Origin: Pseudomonadota bacterium
Lineage (GTDB): Bacteria; Pseudomonadota; Gammaproteobacteria; Acidithiobacillales; Acidithiobacillaceae
Direction: 5' to 3'
DNA length: 64,000 nucleotides
Assembly (NCBI GenBank): GCA_021821885.1
Contig: JAKARO010000002.1
Span: forward strand, 79,548-143,547
A model generated the notes under the pieces. It was not told the origin of the DNA, made no database searches, and saw nothing but the letters and a program-made list of their open reading frames with translations. A program made the translations under genes and the position numbers. Of this stretch, positions 58,237-64,000 are shown piece after piece; position 1 is the stretch's first letter, and every line of letters starts with the position of its first letter.

Positions 58237-59619
58237 ATGGCTCTTCCCCGACTGTACATCCTGGATACCAATGTCCTGATGCACGATCCCGTGTCGTTGT
58301 TCCGTTTCAAAGAACACGACATTCTGCTGCCCATGGTTGTTCTGGAAGAACTGGACCAGCACAAGAAAGGCCTCAGCGAACAGGCCCGCAATGTCCGGCA
58401 GGTCAGCCGCTATCTGGACGAGATGCTTGGCGGGCTGACGGATCTGGAATCGGGACTTCCCCTGCCATATGCCCAGGGCCGCCTGTTTTTCCAGACCTCC
58501 GCGTACCGGCAGCAGACCCTTCCGGAAGATCTGGCCGGTGGCAAGGCGGACCACGGGATCCTTGCCGTGACCCTTGCGGTGCAGCACCAGCGCCCGGATA
58601 CCGAGGTCATCCTTGTCAGCAAGGATATCAACCTCCGCATCAAGGGCCGGGCGCTGGGAATCCGGGTGGAGGACTACCAGAGCGACCGTGCCCTGGAGGA
58701 TGCGGATCTTCTCTATACCGGGATCACTACCCTGACGCCCGGATTCTGGGATTCCCATGGCCGGGATCTCGATGCCTGGCAGGAAAGCGGCCGGAGTTTT
58801 TACCGCATCTCCGGTCCGGCGGTTTCCGGCTGGTATCCCAACCAGTTCCTCGTGCTTCCCTCCGGAGATGAGCAGGGAGAGGAATTCGCCGCCATTGTCC
58901 GGGCCGTCCATCCAGACCACGCCGTGGTGGAGCGTGTGACCGATTTCCGGCGTGAACACCAGAGTGTCTGGGGAGTCCGTGCCCGTAACCAGGAGCAGGG
59001 TTTTGCGCTGCAGCTGCTCATGGATCCCGAAATCGATTTCGTGAGTATCCTTGGACCGGCTGGCACCGGCAAGACCCTCCTGACCCTGGCAGCGGCCCTG
59101 CAGCAGATTTTTGAGGACCGGCGCTACGGGGAAGCGATCATTACCCGGGCGACCGTGCCCATCGGAGATGAAATCGGATTTCTCCCGGGTACCGAGGAAG
59201 AAAAGATGCAGCCCTGGATGGGAGCCATCGAGGATAACCTGGAGATCCTGGCCCGCGGCAGCGATGCTGGTGGCAGCTGGGGGCGAACCGCAACCCAGGA
59301 CCTGATTGGCAAGCGCATCCGGATCAAGTCCATGAGCTTCATGCGGGGTCGGACCTTCCTTGAGAAATTTGTGATTGTGGACGAAGCGCAGAATCTGACC
59401 TCGAAGGAAATGAAAGCCCTGGTCACCCGCGCCGGGCCGGGGACAAAAATGGTCTGTCTCGGAAACATCGCCCAGATTGATACGCCCTATCTCACGGAAA
59501 CGACCTCTGGCCTGACCTACGTTGTGGACCGTTTCAAGGCATGGGAACACAGTGGCCATATCACCCTGCGCAGGGGAGAACGTTCGCGCCTCGCCGATTA
59601 TGCCAACGGAGCGTTGTGA
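58237..59619 (+). CDS. PIN domain-PhoH-like ATPase fusion (PhoH2/YlaK type)
   Basis: ATG 58237. N-terminal PIN (YILDTNVLMHDP...VVLEELD...DHGILAV) and a C-terminal PhoH NTPase (GPAGTGKTLL; IVDEAQNLT; ...GNIAQIDTPYL). Confidence 0.9.
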   Translation: MALPRLYILDTNVLMHDPVSLFRFKEHDILLPMVVLEELDQHKKGLSEQARNVRQVSRYLDEMLGGLTDLESGLPLPYAQGRLFFQTSAYRQQTLPEDLAGGKADHGILAVTLAVQHQRPDTEVILVSKDINLRIKGRALGIRVEDYQSDRALEDADLLYTGITTLTPGFWDSHGRDLDAWQESGRSFYRISGPAVSGWYPNQFLVLPSGDEQGEEFAAIVRAVHPDHAVVERVTDFRREHQSVWGVRARNQEQGFALQLLMDPEIDFVSILGPAGTGKTLLTLAAALQQIFEDRRYGEAIITRATVPIGDEIGFLPGTEEEKMQPWMGAIEDNLEILARGSDAGGSWGRTATQDLIGKRIRIKSMSFMRGRTFLEKFVIVDEAQNLTSKEMKALVTRAGPGTKMVCLGNIAQIDTPYLTETTSGLTYVVDRFKAWEHSGHITLRRGERSRLADYANGAL

Positions 59620-59709
59620 GTGCCGCCCTGGGGACCACCCTGTGCCAGAGGGCTTGAGCTGTCTCCCTGCTCCTGGATAGACTGACGCCGGTTCTGGCGG
59701 GAGAGTGGA

Positions 59710-61596
59710 ATGGCCTGGTCCACAGAGTTGGCGCGCAGCCTGTACAATCTGCCCTATTGGGGTGAGGGATATTTCGATGTGGGACCCGACGGGCAGGTCT
59801 GGGTAGAACCCTTTGGCCCGGAACAGGGCGCACGTGCGGGTCTCGCGGATGTGGTGGCCCGGCTCCCGGGCCAGGGGCTCCGGCTTCCCTGCCTGCTGCG
59901 CTTTCCCCAAATCCTGCAGCAGCAGGTGCAGGCGTTACGGTCGGCGTTTTCTGCGGCCATGGCTGCGCTGGAATACCAGGGGGCCTACACGCCCGTGTAT
60001 CCGGTCAAGGTAAACCAGCACCGCCGGGTGGTAGAGGAGATTCTGGGGGCAGGCGAGGGGAAGGTTGGCCTGGAGGCGGGAAGCAAGCCTGAGCTGCTGG
60101 CGGTTTTGGCACTCACGGCCCCTGGAGGAACCGTCATCTGCAATGGCTACAAGGATGACGAATATGTCCGTCTGGCCCTTATGGGCGAGAAACTGGGACT
60201 GCAGGTCTTCCTCGTGGTGGAGAAAGGATCGGAGCTGCCGCTCATCCTGCGCATCAGCCAGGAGATGGGTGTTCGCCCGCGCATCGGAGTCCGGGCACGG
60301 CTGGCCTCCGCAGGGGCGGGAAAATGGCAGAATACCGGGGGGGAAAAATCCAAGTTTGGGCTGTCTTCGAGCGAGATTCTTGCACTGGTCCGGCAGCTGT
60401 CCGCCGCCAGCGCCCTGGATGCCCTCCAGCTCCTGCATTTTCACCTGGGCTCCCAGATCCCCAACATCCAGCACATTCATGGGGGAATGCGCGAATGCGC
60501 AAGGCTCTATGCCGAACTGCGGGCCCTGGGGGTCAACCTGCAAATTGTGGATGTCGGAGGTGGGCTGGGCGTGGATTACGAAGGCACCCACTCACGTGCC
60601 TACTGCTCCACCAACTACGGTATGGCGGATTACGCACACGCCGTCGTTGGAGCGATGGCAGAAATCTGCCGTGAGGAGGGGCTGCCGCAGCCCATGATCA
60701 TCTCCGAATCCGGGCGTGCCCTGACGGCCCATCATGCGGTTCTGATCACCAACATCATTGATGTGGAAAAAGCTCCAGGAGAAGAACTGCCGGAACCTGA
60801 CCGGGAGGCGGGCGCCCTGGCGCCCTGGCGGCGCCTGGTGCGGCGTCTCGATTCCGGGTCTGCCCTGGTGGCCATGGAGACGTATCAGGAAGCCCTGTTT
60901 CTTATGGTCGAGTCCCAGCAGCAGTTCAGTCTGGGGCTGCTGACCCTCGGGCAGCGCGCCCTGGCCGAGCAGTTTTATGCCCATCTTCTCTGGCGTATCC
61001 GTGCCCTTCTGGATCCTTCCCGGCGCTCACACCGGGAGATTCTGGATGAACTGGACGAGAAACTCGTCGACAAGTATTTCGTCAACTTTTCCCTTTTCCA
61101 GTCCCTGCCAGACGTCTGGGCGATTGACCAGGTGTTCCCGGTTATGCCTGTCCACCGGCTGCAGGAGCTGCCAAGCCGGAGGGCGCGGCTGGAGGACATC
61201 ACCTGTGATTCGGACGGCCGCGTGGATGCCTATGTGACGGCCGATGGCCTGAGTCCGGCCCTACCGCTCCACGAGTGGAAACCAGAGGAACCATACTGGA
61301 TCGGTGTTTTTCTGGTTGGGGCCTACCAGGAAATTTTGGGGGACATGCATAACCTGTTTGGAAATACGGATGCAGTCAATGTACTGTGCGAGCCAGACGG
61401 GAACCTGCGCCTGCAGGAGCCGGTGCCTGGCGATACAGTGGAGGATGTGCTGCGCCATGTGCAGTTTTCCGCCGATGTTCTCTTGCGGGAATTCGAGAAA
61501 AAACTGGAAGAACGCTGTACGGTCCCGGCCCTGGAGCGGGAAGCGTTCCTCCGCCAGTACCGGGATGGCCTCCAGGGGTACACCTACCTGGAATAG
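59710..61596 (+). CDS. speA: biosynthetic arginine decarboxylase
   Basis: 628 aa: ...YNLPYWGEGYF.V...G.........P.L.RFP.IL........F.......Y.G.Y..VYP.KVNQ......SKPEL......GGEKSKFGL......LH.HLGSQ. Confidence 0.96.
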   Translation: MAWSTELARSLYNLPYWGEGYFDVGPDGQVWVEPFGPEQGARAGLADVVARLPGQGLRLPCLLRFPQILQQQVQALRSAFSAAMAALEYQGAYTPVYPVKVNQHRRVVEEILGAGEGKVGLEAGSKPELLAVLALTAPGGTVICNGYKDDEYVRLALMGEKLGLQVFLVVEKGSELPLILRISQEMGVRPRIGVRARLASAGAGKWQNTGGEKSKFGLSSSEILALVRQLSAASALDALQLLHFHLGSQIPNIQHIHGGMRECARLYAELRALGVNLQIVDVGGGLGVDYEGTHSRAYCSTNYGMADYAHAVVGAMAEICREEGLPQPMIISESGRALTAHHAVLITNIIDVEKAPGEELPEPDREAGALAPWRRLVRRLDSGSALVAMETYQEALFLMVESQQQFSLGLLTLGQRALAEQFYAHLLWRIRALLDPSRRSHREILDELDEKLVDKYFVNFSLFQSLPDVWAIDQVFPVMPVHRLQELPSRRARLEDITCDSDGRVDAYVTADGLSPALPLHEWKPEEPYWIGVFLVGAYQEILGDMHNLFGNTDAVNVLCEPDGNLRLQEPVPGDTVEDVLRHVQFSADVLLREFEKKLEERCTVPALEREAFLRQYRDGLQGYTYLE

Positions 61597-61617
61597 CCAG
61601 TCCCGGGCAGATCCAGT

Positions 61618-62469
61618 TCATGCGACGGGATTTTCCAGAACACCAACGCCCTCTATCTCAATCCGGCAGAGGTCCCCGGGACGCAGGAACCCGGGAGGTT
61701 TCCTTGTGAATCCTACGCCAGAAGGTGTGCCGGTCGCCACCAGGTCTCCGGCCCTCAGCACCATGCAGCGGGCCAGTTCCCGGACCAGTTCGGCCACGTC
61801 AAAAATCAGTTCGGAGGTGTTTCCGGACTGCAGCCGTTCCTCCCCGACAAACGTTTCTATCCGGAGTCCTGCCGCGCCCTCGGGCAGATCCTCCGCGCTG
61901 GTTACCCAGGGACCGCAGGCCCCCGATGCCGGAAAGTTTTTTCCCAGCGTCCACTGGCTGCCCCGGAACTGGTAATCCCGTATGCTGCCATCGTTGAACA
62001 CGGTGTAGCCGGCGATGGCAGCCAGAGCGCCTTTCCGGTCCAGGATCCCGTGGCAGTCACGGCCCAGGATGACCGCGAGTTCCCCCTCGTAGTCGAGCTG
62101 GGCGGAAATCTCCGGAATCCGGAGAAAATCCCCGTGACCGGCCAGACTGTCTTCATGGCGGATGAAAAAAGTGGGATAGCGTGGGATTTCGAGGCCGGTC
62201 TCCTCCGCATGGCTCCGGTAATTGAGGCCAGCACACAGGACCCTGTGGCCAAGAAGTGGGGGAAGGAACCGGACCGAGGCGGGGTCCACCAGCCGGATAC
62301 CCCGGAGATGGTGGAGCCGCCAGGCCAGATGGGCAGCCACTGCGGAACTGGCCATCAGGAGATGTCCAGGGTGGAGGGCCGGGTCGAGATCCCCGAGATG
62401 CAATAGTCCACCGTCTCTCCAGATCCCCAGTTTTTCCTGTCCGTGTTCCACGAAACGGCTCCAGCGCAT
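61618..62469 (-). CDS. fumarylacetoacetate hydrolase (FAH) family protein
   Basis: 283 aa: ...C.GLNY..HA.E.G.......P..F......L.GHG..........DYEGELAV..G........A...I.GYT..ND.S.RD.Q.......GK.F......GPW.......TGTP.GVG. Confidence 0.88.
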   Translation of the reverse strand: MRWSRFVEHGQEKLGIWRDGGLLHLGDLDPALHPGHLLMASSAVAAHLAWRLHHLRGIRLVDPASVRFLPPLLGHRVLCAGLNYRSHAEETGLEIPRYPTFFIRHEDSLAGHGDFLRIPEISAQLDYEGELAVILGRDCHGILDRKGALAAIAGYTVFNDGSIRDYQFRGSQWTLGKNFPASGACGPWVTSAEDLPEGAAGLRIETFVGEERLQSGNTSELIFDVAELVRELARCMVLRAGDLVATGTPSGVGFTRKPPGFLRPGDLCRIEIEGVGVLENPVA

Positions 62470-62490
62470 TCGATGTCCTCCTGCCGGGAT

Positions 62491-64000
62491 TCAGGGATTG
62501 GGGTCGGTTTGGCTACCGCCCAGCACAAAGCGTTCGGCCCGGGCCAGGTCTTCCGGACGGCCAAACAGTACCAGCACGTCACCAGGGCGCAGCAGCGTTT
62601 CCGGAGAAGGCTCACGCCCCCGTATGCCATGGCGCCGGACCGCGTCTACCTGGACGGACAGGCTTTCGAGGCGGAGTTCCGACAGGCGCCTGCCCAGGGC
62701 AAAGGCGGTATCGCCCAGGGGAATGGAACGCAGGCGCGGGGAATAAAGGTCTTCGCCGGGTTCGGAACTGCTCCAGAAGTTGCCCCGGAAAAAACGGTAC
62801 CGTTCCTGCCGGAAACGCCGGACCCGGCGGATGGCCAGACTCAGCGGAAAACCAATCTGGAGCAGGGTCTGGGTGGCCAGCATCAGGGCCCCTTCGGTGA
62901 CCTCAGGGACGATTTCATCTGCGCCGGTAGCCTCCAGCGCAGCAATCTGGCTGTCGTCGTGGGCCCGGACGACTGTGGGCAGGTCGCTGCGCTCCTCCTT
63001 GGCTACAGCCAGCACGCGCAGGGTTTCCTTGACGTTGCGGTAGGTGATGACCAGCGCGCGCGCCTGGGCCAGACCGGCAGCCTGCAGGACATCCCGCCGG
63101 CTCGCGTCTCCATAGAAAATGGATTCCCCGGCTGCCTGGGCCTGGCGCACCCTGGACGGATCCAGGTCCAGGGCGAGGAATGGCACACCCTCGTCTTCCA
63201 GCACCCGTCCGATGCTCTGTCCGACGCGGCCGTATCCACAGACAATGACGTGTTCTCTCAGGCCGCTGCCGCGCATGCTGTCGAGCCCCTGTTCCCGGCT
63301 GTTCCGGTAGCTGCGTACCCAGAACCGGGCAATCTTGCCGTTGTACTGGACCAGAACCGGCGCCAGAAGCATGGACAGCAGCATCGCCCCCAGCACCGGC
63401 TGGAGGATCTCCGGGGGAATCAGGTTTTTCTGGGTCGCAAGGGCGATCAGCACGAAGCCAAATTCGCCGGCCTGGGCCAGAACAATGGCGGTACGTGTAG
63501 CGACACCGGCTTCATAGCCGGCCAGGCGGCAGAGTAGCCACGCCACCCCACCCTTGACCACAAGAATGGCGAACAGCAGCAGAAGGACCCAGGGCAGATT
63601 GGCAAGCAGGACGGGAACATCGACCAGCATGCCAATGGTGATAAAAAAAAGTCCCAGGAGAATGTCCCGGAAAGAGATAATATCCGCCTCCACCTGGTAC
63701 CGGAACGGGGTTTCGGAGATCAGCATGCCGGCGATAAAGGCCCCGAGGGCAAGGGACAGTCCCGCCCGTTCGGTGATCCATGCCAGACCGAGCGTTACCA
63801 GCAGTACATTTAGCATGAACAGCTCATTCGATTTCCGGGCCGCGACCCACTGGAACCAGGGGCTGACCGCAGGCCGCCCGATGACGAGGAGCAGCAGGAG
63901 AATTGCTGCCGCCTTGGCGCCGGCGATCGAGAGATCATGGGTCAGATGTGCCCCGGATCTTCCCAGGGCTGGAATCAGGATCAGCAGAGGTACGACCGCC
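62491..64000 (-). CDS. CPA2-family monovalent cation:proton antiporter / K+ efflux protein (Kef-type) with RCK TrkA-N and TrkA-C domains; N-terminus off the right window edge
   Basis: ORF 62491..63816 plus own translation of 63817-64000 in the same frame (...AAILLLLLVIGRPAVSPWFQWVAARKSNELFMLNVLLVTLG...). RCK motif VIVCGYGRVGQSIG. Confidence 0.9.
   Translation of the reverse strand, partial: AVVPLLILIPALGRSGAHLTHDLSIAGAKAAAILLLLLVIGRPAVSPWFQWVAARKSNELFMLNVLLVTLGLAWITERAGLSLALGAFIAGMLISETPFRYQVEADIISFRDILLGLFFITIGMLVDVPVLLANLPWVLLLLFAILVVKGGVAWLLCRLAGYEAGVATRTAIVLAQAGEFGFVLIALATQKNLIPPEILQPVLGAMLLSMLLAPVLVQYNGKIARFWVRSYRNSREQGLDSMRGSGLREHVIVCGYGRVGQSIGRVLEDEGVPFLALDLDPSRVRQAQAAGESIFYGDASRRDVLQAAGLAQARALVITYRNVKETLRVLAVAKEERSDLPTVVRAHDDSQIAALEATGADEIVPEVTEGALMLATQTLLQIGFPLSLAIRRVRRFRQERYRFFRGNFWSSSEPGEDLYSPRLRSIPLGDTAFALGRRLSELRLESLSVQVDAVRRHGIRGREPSPETLLRPGDVLVLFGRPEDLARAERFVLGGSQTDPNP

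Overview
GC-rich (by eye a little over 60 %) proteobacterial chromosome segment made almost entirely of conserved housekeeping genes. gnnA-gnnB sit between lpxA and lpxB, and there is a phoBR-pstB-phoU-ppx block plus ppk. Both point to an Acidithiobacillus-like organism; this is an inference, no search was possible. Left to right: ppk (partial) and folD; two small tail-anchored proteins; a secreted PQQ-like beta-propeller; a frameshifted sensor diguanylate cyclase; trxA-rho-rpmE; malic enzyme; a decayed AI-2E permease remnant; ilvD; argA; bolA-yciI-yciB; a DUF815 ATPase; suhB; trmJ-cysE-iscRSUA-hscBA-fdx-iscX-mnmA; phoB-phoR-pstB-phoU-ppx-dedA. A 21.8-kb gap-free same-strand run follows: rpsB-tsf-pyrH-frr-uppS-cdsA-dxr-rseP-bamA-skp-lpxD-fabZ-lpxA-gnnA-gnnB-lpxB-rnhB-dnaE-accA-tilS. 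The window ends with dksA plus a dihydroorotase-like gene, a CbbY-like HAD phosphatase, a Fur-family regulator, bcp, PIN-PhoH2, speA, an FAH-family hydrolase and a partial CPA2/Kef antiporter. I found no rRNA, tRNA, CRISPR array, transposase, integrase or phage gene. I could not identify a convincing novel multi-gene system. The least-explained part is 1.9-7.8 kb. It holds a paralogous pair of C-tail-anchored coiled-coil proteins of unknown family and about 460 and 390 nt of unassigned sequence. It also holds a five-domain diguanylate cyclase whose frame is broken only by a G9 run, with a G8 run in its leader, making it a candidate slipped-strand switch or a homopolymer sequencing error. Other notes: an HscB with an N-terminal tetracysteine module, a pstB without pstSCA, dksA coupled to a dihydroorotase-like gene, and a C9 run at the lpxD/fabZ junction. 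Many ORF-track starts were trimmed to homology- and RBS-supported starts. The many long antisense ORFs are treated as GC and codon-bias artefacts.
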